DNA of 64,000 bases from the human T2T-CHM13v2.0 reference genome, Homo sapiens (GCF_009914755.1 NC_060926.1), one strand, 5' to 3'; numbered from the stretch's first letter, positions 25,729 to 44,348 are shown. Numbers and translations are program-made. Notes: a model not told the origin generated them from the letters alone.

Positions 25729-26244
25729 CAACAGATGTTTTAATTGAATAGATGTTAAAATAATTATTAATGTTCATGATGATTTAACTTCAAGGATATT
25801 CCTTAAAACGTGAACAGAAAGAACCTCCTCATGATTTTAACAGTTTCTGATATTTGCTTTTTCTGAGAGTTTACTCTCTTATTTTCCATCTAGTTCCTAA
25901 CTCATCTGGAATTTCTGTTGCATAAGGTATGAAACAGAAGCTATCTTTCCCTGTGCACTCTCCACGGAGGCGTTCAGGCACTCCTGGCTGACGCGTGCTG
26001 CCTGCCTCCTTCACGGCCTACATCCCTACACACACAGATGCCTCTTGTGGGACCAGGTGCAGTGAGGCCTGCTTTCTAACCTGGATTCCCTCATCCACAA
26101 GGTATGGTTACGACCAGAGCTTCCTCCTGAGAGCGCAGGGAGCTTGTGACACCTCCCAGAAATGCTCAGGGGACGCTGGCCACCTTGCAGAGAAACCCCT
26201 CCTAACGGGAAGGGAACATGGGTACGCGAGGCTCCGGTACTGAC

Positions 26245-27407
26245 CGCGGCTGGGCGACAGCAGGCTACTTGGATAGGGGACGCTCACTCTCCTCAGCTCA
26301 TCCAGCTTCTCCTGTAGCTTCCGCACCTGGCTGTCGGAGCGGCTGACCCTCTGCCGCAGGCTCTTCAGCTCGCCGTTCTTCTTCTCCACCTGCTCCCGCA
26401 GGCAGCACACCTGGCTCTTGTTCTGCCGGGAGGAGAAGCAGTAGGAGTGCAGTGAGTCGATGAGCTTGCAGGCCCCTGACGCCGACAGGATGACCTCGTT
26501 GATGGACATGGGGCTGGCGTCGCTGTGCTCGCTCTGCACGGCTTCCGTGGCTGGCTTTGGGGTGACGTCGGCAGGAGGGGCAGAGGGGCTCTGGGAAGGC
26601 TTCTGCGGTGTCGCGGTAAGTGATGAGCTGGGAGGGCTCTGGGCCAGGCCCTTGTCGGGTCCCAGGCTGCTCCCACTGCAGCTTGGTTCCACATCTTTCT
26701 TCAGCCTCTTGCGGTCAATGGGCTCTCGGGGGACAGATGGCCTTTCTCGGGTGTGCTTAGAGGAGAAACTGTACGAATGAAGTGAGCCGATAAATTTGCA
26801 CGCCCCAGATCCTGGGGGCGTAAAGTCATCCATAGAAATGCCACTCTTATCTGTCACGCCCCCTTCGATGGAGGAAGTGGCGCTCTCATCGCCAGCATCT
26901 GTGGCAGACGCTTCTGCTTTTCCCTGACTGCCTGCCACCATGGTGGCCAGTCCATCTCCTGGAGTCCGTTCCAGAGCTTGCTGGGCCTGCTCCTGGCTGG
27001 CGGCCTCCTGGGCCGCCCTGGGTGTGGCTTCACCTTGCAGAGCAGCTTGCTTCAACCTGCGGGACTCTGGCTTGGCCATCGGGTTTCCACTCGAGGACGG
27101 TGACCAACCTGCAGCTCCTCTGCCGGTGGCGGCACTCGAGTGTCCCCTCACACCCCCTGTGGCCTTGCTGGCATCTTTTCTCCGGGTGCGGCCATGGCCT
27201 CCAGCCCCCCTCTTCTTCTCGGTCAGGTGGAAGATGGATGGCACGGCCGTGGGCTTCAGCAGGCGATGCTGGTCCTCCAGCCTCTTGGAGAAGCTGTCTT
27301 TGGTGAAATGCTCACTACAGAGAAATGAATACTTAGTGGGAGTCCAGTTATCCCTCTGAACAGCTTTTAACCATTGGATTAGACGTTTTGAGTCCTTTAG
27401 GGGGAAC
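26245..27407 (-). CDS. THAP4: THAP4 coding exon 2 (rest of THAP domain, low-complexity linker, two LHSY motifs, coiled coil)
   Basis: Acceptor tttgtcctgtag|G at 27408. ORF 26108..27418 encodes FPLKD...W...LCSEHF...LKPTAVPSIF (C2CH plus AVPTIF-like box). Donor G|GTCAGT after SPSR at 26244. The nitrobindin exons lie left of the window. Confidence 0.97.
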
Positions 27408-28002
27408 CTACAGGACAAATGACAAAAAGTAATTAGAAATAATTAAATGTCTCCCCTTAAAATAATCAACTGTAAAAGCAAAACAAGTATTTTTGCACGC
27501 ACCCTAAGCCGTATTGACTTCATCCACTTAAAAAAATACTTCAAAAAGATTTAAAGAACATCTTCTACCTGCAGTTATTACTGGAGTAGAAATCTGAAAG
27601 ACCCGTTGTCTACCCATACAGAGCTTATAGTCTGTAGGGCGGATGGGAAAGAAGGTAACCAACTGCTCCCCAGGCTGTGGTAAATGCCCAATGGGGACAC
27701 AGGATGCTGACAGACAGTGCCAGGATGGCCTCAGGACAGCAGGAAATAGCTCCTAGAAGCTGACTGCTAACCAACCCTCCCAACTTGCCTGGAAGGTAGG
27801 ACTCTGGGTACCAAAACCAGGGCCAGCATCCACAGACACTAGGGCGTGAGAGGTCAGGACTGCATGGAGGCAGCCCTGGCTGTGCGCAAGCAGCTGAGAA
27901 TCTGGAGACCTCCAGAAGACTCCAGAGCTACAGTTCTGTGTTCCTGTTGCATGCCCACCTCCAGGAGTAAAAATGCTCCTTTTAAAAGTCAACCAGCCCA
28001 GG

Positions 28003-29124
<1,122 letters not shown>

Positions 29125-30268
29125 CCAGGCCCTAATGTGCACATAAGGGACAGGGTGGTCAGTTCTAACTGCTATTTGCTCCACCTGAGGCCAGTGTGGA
29201 CCAGGACAAATCCTAACAGGATGGACTGGGCCGTTCTAAGCAACAGGACCTTCTAACCTCCTTTCTGAACACTGTGAGGCCAACTGCAAAGGTACCCCCC
29301 CACCCCCAATTCCGATGTCCTTTCCTCCCATACCATGTTAGACCGTTGCAACACGTTGCCTCGTTTTCAAAAAACAATAACAAAACTTCTAGGACACAAG
29401 CTCTGAAGGAAATTGTCAAGAAAGTGCGCTGGCTGACTTGTGAAATAATCTAATGTTACTAATTCTTATAATACATTGTAATGATTTAAGACTTACAGCA
29501 AACTACTGTGAACTTTCAATAACCCTATAAATAACACGTGCCATTCCCGTCTTTAAAACTTAAATAACACCATGCAACATAAAACAGAAACATCTCCAAA
29601 GTGGTTTTTAAAGTCTGTTCGCGGTTCTGGTGCCTCCCGCGTGTAATCCGCAGAAATCTCACTGAAATAGGCTGAACTCACAAGGCCTTAGAGGGGTTTG
29701 GGCCCTGCCGCGGGGGCCCACGTGGGAAGCGGCCGAGAGCCCCGGGCCAGGCTCTAAGGGAGCGCAGGAGGATGCCGTCCCCAGCCGGCCGTCCCGTAGA
29801 CTCTCCGCGCGTACCCGCGTCCTGGGCTCGGGGGCCCAGTCCCGGAAAGCCCTCTCGGGGGCTGTCAGCTACGGAGGCGCAGGTCGCGTCTGCCCGGTCG
29901 CTCCTGCTCGCAGACATCCAGGCCGACGGCCCGCGCGGTCCGGAGAGTCAGCAGTCGCGGCCGAGCAGGACAATCGGCCCAGGACCTGCGCTTCCAGAGC
30001 GTGCGGCTTCTGAAGCCTAGGCGCCGGCCGGATCGATCGCGCGCAGGGCGGACCCAGGCGGCCGGGGTGGGGGCGGCTGCGCTGCCCGAGGCGCCCGGCC
30101 CAGAGACGGCGGCCGGGCCAAGGTCACACAGCGCCCACGCCCGCTCCCCCGCGCCCCGGCCGCCGAGGCCCGGCGCCCCCGCCCCCCGCGTTCGGGCCGG
30201 CCGCGGGGCCTCAGTTTCCCCGCAGGGCCGGGTCGGGGCGGGGGCGTGGCGGCCCGGGGCCCGCGTAC

Positions 30269-30345
30269 CTGTGGAAGGAGACGGCGCGCTTCTCGCCCTT
30301 TCCCTGCCGGTTGGAGCAGTTCACGGCCGCACAGCAGATCACCAT
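30269..30345 (-). CDS. THAP4: THAP4 coding exon 1 (start of THAP zinc-finger domain, MVICCAAVNCSNRQGKGEKRAVSFH)
   Basis: ATG at 30345-30343, CxxxxC THAP N-terminus, donor AG|GTACGC at 30268. The 77 nt (phase 2) join exon 2 in frame (AG+G=Arg, then FPLKD). Confidence 0.97.
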
Positions 30346-31042
30346 CGCGGGCCTTGGCCCAGCCGCGCAGCCAGGCCCCGGCCCTAGCCGCCCGCCCGCC
30401 CGCGGACCGCCCCGAGGGAGGGAGCGCGGCGGCGACACGGCTCGGGACGTGGGCCGGCCCGCGGCGTCCGCGCCGTACGGCAAGATGGAGGCGCAGGCGC
30501 CCGCAGCGGGCCCGCCCCCGCCCCAGCCCCCGCCCGCGTCCTCGCCAGCCGCGGGTTCGGGCGTCTTCGGACCAGCGGGGCGCCGCAGGCCCCTCGCAGC
30601 GTCCGTCGGCAGGCGGGCAGACGGGCGGGGGAGTCGCCCCGGCGGGGCAAGTCCGTACCGCGACATGGGCGCGCCGAGCACGTCCGTACCGCAAGATGGC
30701 TGCTCGGACGGGGACAGAGCTCGCCTCTGCCGCCTCGACAACTGCTCCTGGGTCCTCTAAGAGGAGGAAGCGCCACCCATGGCACACAGTGTCCCGTCGG
30801 ACAGCAGAACCAGCCGTCGTCCCACGACACGACCCCATGCCGCCCGCAGGGCGCCCCGGGGCTCGCGTCGGCCCGGCCGTACGCCAAAATGGCGGCTCCC
30901 GCGTATTTCCGCTCGCGCGCCGTATCGTCTTCGCCGCCTGCGCCGGCACACCTATTGGCCCCCGCGGCGTCCCGTCGCCGCGTCGCGTTGCTGGCCCGTC
31001 GGAGCGACGCCGCTCGGGTCAGTCGGCGGCCGGACTGGGAAG

Positions 31043-31052
31043 ATGGACGCAG
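31043..31052 (+). CDS. ATG4B: ATG4B coding exon 1 (MDA)
   Basis: aagATGGACGCAG|GTGAGG: good Kozak context and donor, joins exon 2 to give MDAATLTYDTL. Confidence 0.95.
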
Positions 31053-31677
31053 GTGAGGAGTTGCCGGGGGTCGGTCTTTCCGCAGGAGGTGCTCGCCTTA
31101 TCATTGGCCTCCCCTGCTCGGGTCGGGCTGCCGCGACTCGCCTCGGGGCACGCCGGTGCGGGCCAGGCTGGGCCGGGGCGGCGGGCGCTGCGGGAGCGCG
31201 GGGCGGTGTTGGTGGGTGGTGGGCGGTGGGAGCGGGAGGGGGACGGCGGCGCACTGCGCCGCGGAACCCGCCGTCGGTTGCGCTGGAGCTTCTGCTTTTC
31301 CGGTCCCGTCCGGAGCGCTCCGGAGGTTGTGGCTGCACAGGCCCTTGCGCCAGGTCGGCCGTGGAGGGCGGCGGAGCCTGCCGGGCGGGGAGAGGCGCGG
31401 CGGCGAACGGGGCGGCCGCGGTCCGGGCCGGGGACGCGAGCGGCGGGCGAAAGCGTAGCCTTTCCGCAGCTGAGCGTGAAGGGATGGAAGCTCTTTAACT
31501 TTTATGAAGTTATTGGTAGGTTGGAGGAGAGAAACGTGACGTGTTCATCACAGTATACGTATCTTTTTTGTTTTTGTTTTCAATTTAGTAACCAGTAGAT
31601 TCTCCAAGCTGCTTTTCCGTGACGAGAAAGAGAAACAGTGAATTTGTATCATCGGGTCTTAGTTTCTTGGGGTCCTA

Positions 31678-31715
31678 AGAGAGAGAGAAAGAGAAGGAGT
31701 GTGTGTGTGTGTGTA
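31678..31715. repeat. (GA)n/(GT)n microsatellite
   Basis: Directly visible. Confidence 0.85.
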
Positions 31716-32254
31716 TAGGGAGTGTTGGTTTTTTTCCTATCCTTTCATGCTTCCGCTCCATTTTTGCTAGCAAGATTATTTTAAGTCAGCGCCAAACCCA
31801 TCGCTAGCCCAGTAGCCCTAGAAATATTCTTACACAGAAGTTTTAGCTCATTCATTCTTTGTGGGAACTGATTTGCCTTTTACCAAGTATCCCCCATCTG
31901 TAAAGAAAGATTTTCATCTGGTTTAATTCTGTCATTCTGAATGGGATTGTTTTTACTTTTTATTTTTCTGGTAGCTACAACATAAATTTATTAAGATCTG
32001 AGTTGGAAAACTGTAATGTGTATTGCCAATATCTATTAAAATGATTTGTAGCAGCTCACCACTTAAATGTGGTAGGTGGCTGGAGGAAACAGGAGCCCTG
32101 ACTCCCTAAGGAGCATGTTGACCAGGTGTATATCTTGTGAAGTTTGTCTTTTAGAATAACCGTCATTCACGGTTGAACTATTTGCAGCTGTGTACTATTT
32201 GTTGTTTACTATTTTACAACTGTTGTATTATATCTTTTTAGGTGTTATTGTTTG

Positions 32255-33359
32255 TGATGCAGGATTTTTCTCAGCCACTCTGGCAGCCAGAGACCTCCGG
32301 CTGGCGAGGCCCCTGCCCAGGCCTTGCTTGGGTCCAGGCTCGCCGCAGGAGATACCCCATCTACTTGGTCCACCGGTGGGCACCTGGTTTGCACTATGGC
32401 ACGGATACCATGGCCACCATGACTGTATGCTCAGCCCCTGGCGGGAGTGGGTGTGTGGGTGAGTGAGTGCCGGGTCCCGCCAGCTGTTTCAAGCGCAGGC
32501 ACCAGAGTGGGCTCTGCAGAGCTTACAGCTAGACATGTGGCAAGCAACTCCCACGGCGGACTCCAGCGTCCAGACAAAGGGACAGTGGATTCTGGTGTCC
32601 AGACAAGGGGAAGGTAGTGGCGCCCAAGCAGGGGTGCTTACAACCCTGAAGCCCAAGAGGGGGTGTTGCAGAGTGTCAGCAGCCCTGTTACTCCCATTGC
32701 CCTGCTCCAGGCTATAGCTCTGGGGCTGGCTCCGTCCCCGCTGCTTCCCTTTGCTGCCTCCTGTCACGTGGGGTGTCACAGTGGGTGGCTGCCCTTTGCC
32801 GGCAGAGGGCCCAGGGCCACAGTGTTACAGCCTTCTTTGTACTTGCATTCATTGGGTCCCTAGTTCTTGTCCCACGTCCAAGAAGAATGAGACTACACTT
32901 AACACTGACAATCGAAGGGTGAGGAGGGTGGAGAATAGTTTTATTGAGTGATGAAACACCCCTCAGCAGAGAGGGGACTCAAGGGTGGTCTTCCACCCAA
33001 AGTCGGGTGGTCTCCCTTGGTGTGGCTGGGTCCAGGGCTTTTATAGGCTCAGAATGGGGAGTGTGTGCTGATTTGTCTGTGAGTATGCAAAAAAGGTTAA
33101 AACAAAGTCACTACTCAAAGGTGGGCACAACAGTGTAATAAACCAATTAGAGAAAAGTAGGTATATGTAAAATAGGTGAAGGGTGGGGATTAATTAGAGG
33201 AAAGCGCACCAAACAGGAAGAGAGGTTCGCAATCCAGTCTGTGGATTTATCCGAGACTCGTCGCTTGGCTTTCAGGCTTTAAACTGTGGCTTGAAGGTTG
33301 GGTTTCACTGGTGACCCACCCCTCTCTGCCTAGGATTTGTCTGCCTCCTGCCTCTATCA
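32255..33359 (-). mobile_element. Solo ERV1 LTR (MER50/LTR27-like) in ATG4B intron 1
   Basis: TGAT...ATCA termini. Minus strand starts tgatagaggcaggaggcagacaaatcctaggcag; TATAAAAG at about 33038-33045 and AATAAA at about 32940-32945 on the minus strand. Confidence 0.75.
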
Positions 33360-33799
33360 TTTCGATACCTTGAGGCTGGAGTATCATATGAGAGACTTGG
33401 CTAAGGTCAAAAACACGGTTCAGTGTCGATCATATGACCTAAAATGTGAAAATCATCATGTTCAAGTTGGGAGAACAGTTATGTTGTTACATGGCGATAC
33501 TTTATTTTATCTTTTATTTTCCCTTGACAACTGTGTTGACATGGTGATACTTTAATAGGACACTGGATGCTGCTGCATGTGGGATCAGAGTAGAAAAGGT
33601 GTTTGCATTTAAAGGTCTCTGTTTATGCTGATAAAAACGTATATGATGTTTGTAGGATATCATGGGGAATTTTCCTTCTGACTTGATGCTGTATTTCCTT
33701 TCAGAGATGATTAATGATCTGCCCTTCTTTGATCTCTAGAGTTCTTGAAGATTCTGCCTTCCTTGACCATGTGTAATACAGTTTCTGTTCTGATAGTCA

Positions 33800-35120
<1,321 letters not shown>

Positions 35121-35494
35121 GAAAGAAAAGAGGCCAAAGGCCTCTGCGGGTGTGGAGAGGTCCAGGAGGTGGCAGGCAGACCACAGTGTGGCTGTGTTCT
35201 CCACCAGTCCCTAGCACTGTCCCTAAAAGCATGCTCCCCATTCAGACGACTGGCAGGTGCCAGCACTTAAATAGCCACACTGCCCATTCCTTGAGGACAG
35301 AGCTGGTGTCTTGTGCTTGCATTTCTAGTGCATCACTTGTGTCTGGCATGTGGTTGGTAATAAAAAAAAAACAGAACTTGAATTAATAATAACCTACACA
35401 TTCCCCTACTATCAAAGCTTTCAGTTTGTAGAGTTTAACATAAATCCAGTATGTTAGCATAACATGTAATGAATGCAGAGGCTGCTGGGGAGTG

Positions 35495-38371
<2,877 letters not shown>

Positions 38372-39801
38372 TCAGGGAGGTCTTTGTACCGTTCTGATGC
38401 CTCAGTCCATGGCTCCTCATTGTGTCTTCCTCTTCAGCTGGAGCTGCGAGGGTGTCCAGGAGGGGTGAGTTCTGCTCGGAGGGCCTGCCGAGGGCATTCC
38501 TTCCTGTCCTCCAGCATGAGAGGGACAGTGTGGGGCCCCTAGAGTACAGGGAAGACCTCCTCATAACTGAAGAGATGCGAGTCTGAGAGTCTTTATTGGC
38601 TCTTTTGTAGGAATCGCTGCAGGTCTCTTTGGTCCTTGGAGCCAGCCCGTGAGGCCGGGGGCAGGCTCTTGCTCTCTAAATGCAGTCACTCTTGGAGGAA
38701 AGGACGTTATGTTGGATTCAGTGTTAGTAAAGAGACTCATGTTTGGTTGGGTCTCTGTTGACCTTGTACTCTGTGCTGCACCTCTGCTTACAGAATACCT
38801 CCCAACCATGCCGGTTCGTGACTGCTCACCCGTTTCAGTGATCTGAGAAGGCTGGCCCTGAAAGAGTGGTTACTGCTCCCGTGCAGTTTAGAGCTTTTCC
38901 TGCACCTTGACTTGTCCGTTTCACAGTGAGGACACCAAGTCACAAGAAGGTCACTAGCCTGTAAGGTTGCGTGACTGCTCAGTGGTGGGCTCAGACTTCT
39001 GACTCCACAGCTGGCGCTCCAGCTGTCAGGAACGTGCTCCAGGTGTGACGTGTGGACACTCCCCACTTGCAGCGTCCTCCACAGTACCGAGAGGAGGGTG
39101 CAGTGTGGTGGGAGAAGCAAGGGATCATGTTTTCAGAGTGTCCGCCACTAGCCCTAGGGGAATGTATGACTCGCTCCCAACAGAGGGCAGGATTCTCGGG
39201 GAGGGCCGGAGTGCGTTTCTCTGGACGGAGGAGCAGAGCAGCTTGGGGCACGGTGTGGGAGCCCTCCTTAGGGACCTCATGGGTCACGTTCGCCGTGGCT
39301 GCGCCACTCCTGTTCACTGCCAAGCACCGTGATTGCTCCTTGGATTTGCTCCCCTGGGGTTTCCTGGTCTCCTTGATGGTTTATACAGTGAGCAATCTGA
39401 GGCCACACACCTGTAATTTTCACAGTTATAGCTGGAGGTGTGGTGGTGTATTTGAACTTAATGGAACACCTCTTATTCCCTTCACTCTGAAGTTGGCTTC
39501 CTTGCCTATAAAGTTTGGTGATAAACCTAAGAAATACACCTGCTGTGCATTTTACTGCGTCCGTGATGAAAATCCCTCAACTTCACAGCCGCTCAGGCCT
39601 CGTGACCCTGCTTTCAGAGGGAGCCTTTTTCCTTTTCTTCCTTATCTATGCTTCTCTCATTCCTTTACCATTTATATTTTTAATATGGGAAACTAGACAT
39701 CCTAGAAGTTTCTCAGCTTCCAGATTCTGTTACTGCAGACTGTTACTGATTCAACAATATGGTCCTTTTCCTGATGACATACGCCACATTCTTCTGAAGT
39801 A

Positions 39802-40506
<705 letters not shown>

Positions 40507-41148
40507 TAGTCTACAAAGAGATACTTGCCAGTGTTCATTTAGCTCTGCTGTACTTTAAATAAAAGATATGTGTATCTTTAGTTCAAAGCTGGTGCCTTGG
40601 AACGGTGTCAAACAGAAGAATGTTCCAACAGCAAGATGGAATCATTGTCTTGCAGTGTTGAAATTAGACCGGTGGTGGCCAGGCGCAGTGGCTCACGCCT
40701 GTAATCCCAGCACTTTGGGAGGCCGAGGCGGGAGGATCATGAGGTCAGGAGATTGAGACCATCCTGGCTAACACAGTGAAACCCCGTCTCTACTAAAAAA
40801 AATACAAAAAATTAGCCAGGCGTGGTGGCGGGCGCTTGTAGTCCCAGCTACTCAGGAGGCTGAGGCAGGAGAATGGCATGAGCCGGGAGGCAGAGCTTGC
40901 AGTGAGCCGAGATCGCGCTACTGCACTCCAGCCTGGTGGGCGACAGAGTGAGACTCCGTCTCAAAAAAAAAAAAAAAAAAAAGAAAAGAAATTAGACCGG
41001 TGGTGTTTTCATCCTTTTTCCTTGAGAATAAGTTTTCTGGATTTTAGTCTATATATTGAATAAAGCCTACAGGTCAAAGAATAGTAGGGACTTCTGAAGA
41101 TTCAGGAGTGGCTTTAGAGAGGTAGCAGGGACATCATGATGTTTTTCA

Positions 41149-41488
<340 letters not shown>

Positions 41489-43141
41489 CTAATTCAGTTT
41501 TTGTAATCATGTGCAGAAACAAGTAACATATATATAAAAAGGCAGGAGAGAATGTAAACTTGGACTTTATTTATTCACAGTCACCAAGCAGTTTGGTTGA
41601 TAATGTCTCTGAAAGCATGGACAAGTGAAATATGTAAGAGCAGAGCTCTTGGGGGCCAGGTGCAGTGGCTCATGCCTGTAATCCCAGCCTTCGGGAGGCT
41701 AAGGCAGGTGGATTGCTTGAGCCTAGGAGTTTGAGACCAGCTTGACAACATGATTAGACCTCATCTCTACAAAAAATACAAGAATTAGCTGGGTGTGGTG
41801 GCACATGCCTGTAGTCTCAGCTGCTCAGGAGGCTGAGACCGGAGAATTGATTGAGCCTGGGAGTTTGAGGCTGCAGTAAGCTGTGATTACACCACTGTAC
41901 TCCAGCCTGGGTGACAAAATGAGTCCCGGTCTCAAAAAAAAAAAAGAAAAAAAAACAGGAGCAGAGCTCTTGGACAAAGCCCTGCTGTGGAAAGCTTGCT
42001 TCATCTGGCTGCAGCCGCTCCACAACGCCCGTCATCTTGCTCAGGAAGCCACAGCACTACTCTAGGAAAGGGGCAGAGAGGGGCCTGGGTCTCCCACAGC
42101 TGAGAATCCTTTAAACAGTGCCTGTAGGGCCCTCTATTGTGGATTTGGTAGTTCTGCCTGCACCGAGGGAGATGCTTGCAGGTGCTTCTGAACCCTGTGT
42201 TTGGGAATTAGCTGCGCATACAATTAAGGCTTTTGGGTATAGTAAAATTTGTGTGCCTTTGACCCTGTGGTTCTGAGTCCTCGATGTTAATGACAGAGCG
42301 GACATTGCAGCCCTTCTGTCTGCCAGCCAGCACCTCATTGGAAGTGTTTCATTGAAACGTCACACCCATATGCTGAGGCTGTCCTGTTGTTATCCCATTT
42401 TATGGATGAGGGAACATTCACACTTAGAAGTTAAGTGAGTGGCCCAGGAAACTACAGTTTACCAGTACCCAAGCTGGGCTTTAAATTCTGACTGCCCCCT
42501 GCCTCCCCAAGGGGATTGTGCACAGCACAGAAGTTCACACACGATGCTTTTTAGTATCAGCTTAGGTGGAGATCTGTGTTTATGTAGAATGCTGAGGAAA
42601 CCACAGGCATAGTATGATTTCACGTACGAACCTGTGCATAAAGACTTCTGGAAAGAGTCATTGCTGGGCAACGAGGCTTCACGTGATTTGTGTATTTTTG
42701 TAGTCTTCAGAATTTTTTATGATTAGCATATGTCATTCTTATTGAAGTGTGGGGTTGTTATCAAAAAGTAAATTTAGATGTGGGAGAAATTCATATGTGA
42801 TTGATTTTCAAAAGATTGCTGTAAAGTTGCTGGTGAAGGATGAGTGATCAGACACCATCAGAGCTGGAGAGGCAGCAGATGGGAATTGTGTGTTCCCAGT
42901 TCCCTGAAGAGCAGCTGGAGAGAGATGCCTCTGGTGCCGCCCCAGAATACGCAATGGGCATCTCGCCACATGGGTGTTTGGGCTGGTGCATTGCTGCTGG
43001 CTGGCGCCTTCTTTTCAGGAACATTGTGGGACATGGGTATCCTCAGCCACAGTTCTGTGGACAGGAAGACCCTGGGCCTCTCTAGTTTCTTTCTTTCTTT
43101 TTTTTCTTTTTCTTTTCTTTTTCTTTTTTTTTTTTTTTTGA

Positions 43142-43474
<333 letters not shown>

Positions 43475-44348
43475 TAGCCCAGCAGGTAAGCACCATGGCT
43501 CTGCAGCCAGCTGCCTCCTTAGAAAGTGGGGTGTTGCGCCATGGAAGTGGTGGCATGCTCTTCTGGTAGCATTGTTGAAATGAAAACAGGTTCAGTCCTT
43601 GATCACTAGGCTTTTTGTACCCGGGTACCTCTGGGGACTTGGCAGAGAGTTTGATCTCTCAGTGTCCAGGGGTTAACTTTCTACCTGAGAGTAGCACCCC
43701 ATGCTTCTCCAGCACCTGCTCCTAACCAGGAAATTGGGGTAGACCAGAACCCCAGTCTTCCCAGCAGCTCAGTGTTTCTTGCCCCGGAGCATCTGCCTTC
43801 ATCACAGTGACTCTGAACACGCTGCCATGGTGACATCTGGTAAACCTTAGGATGGCCATGGAAAACGACTCTTTGCCCTGTTTCTTCTTGGCTTCCCTTG
43901 CGTACAAGGATGAAGGAGGTGGTTTAACTTTATTTTTGTCCTTTACTTTTTAAGTCTAAAGTAAGTGCTTGAATCGGGTGGGTTTTCATTTTTTTGCTTT
44001 CTCACCCCTCAGGTTGGCCCCTGACTTGGCCTCTCACCCTCGTGTCAGCTGTTAGACACTGACTCAGTGGCTCAGAATATGAAAGGCTCAGGAAGTAGCA
44101 TGCTGGCCCCACCTCCCTGTCCCCATACCTTAGCAGAGCAGCTGCCCAGCAGGGCCTCCTTCTCTTTCCTAAGAGTTTACTCCATCCATGGTGGGTGTCT
44201 TGGTAGGCCCGAGATACGAGAGGGAGTGCTGCTGTTACAAGAATTTACAGTTGTTCTCTTCGGCACAGAAATGCTGTAAATGGCCTCTTTCGATACTAGT
44301 TTATGAAATTATAAGTGTCTGATGATTGTGCATCTTTGGTTTCAACAG

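Larger units (their letters stand above)
29620..31500. promoter_or_regulatory. CpG island / bidirectional promoter of THAP4 and ATG4B
   Basis: Very GC- and CpG-rich. Divergent ATGs at 30345 (-) and 31043 (+), GC boxes, and a perfect YY1 consensus CAAAATGGCGGC at 30885-30896. Confidence 0.95.

Noticed and set aside
30017-31598. Long ORFs of 450 aa (+) and 310 aa (-) across the promoter
   Set aside because: Arg/Pro/Gly/Ala-rich, non-ATG starts, no domain; expected from stop-codon scarcity in a CpG island.
42679-42686. CLEAR/TFEB-like E-boxes (TCACGTGA here; GTCACGTGG at about 32763 and 60255)
   Set aside because: Isolated intronic matches far from the TSS, expected by chance in 64 kb.
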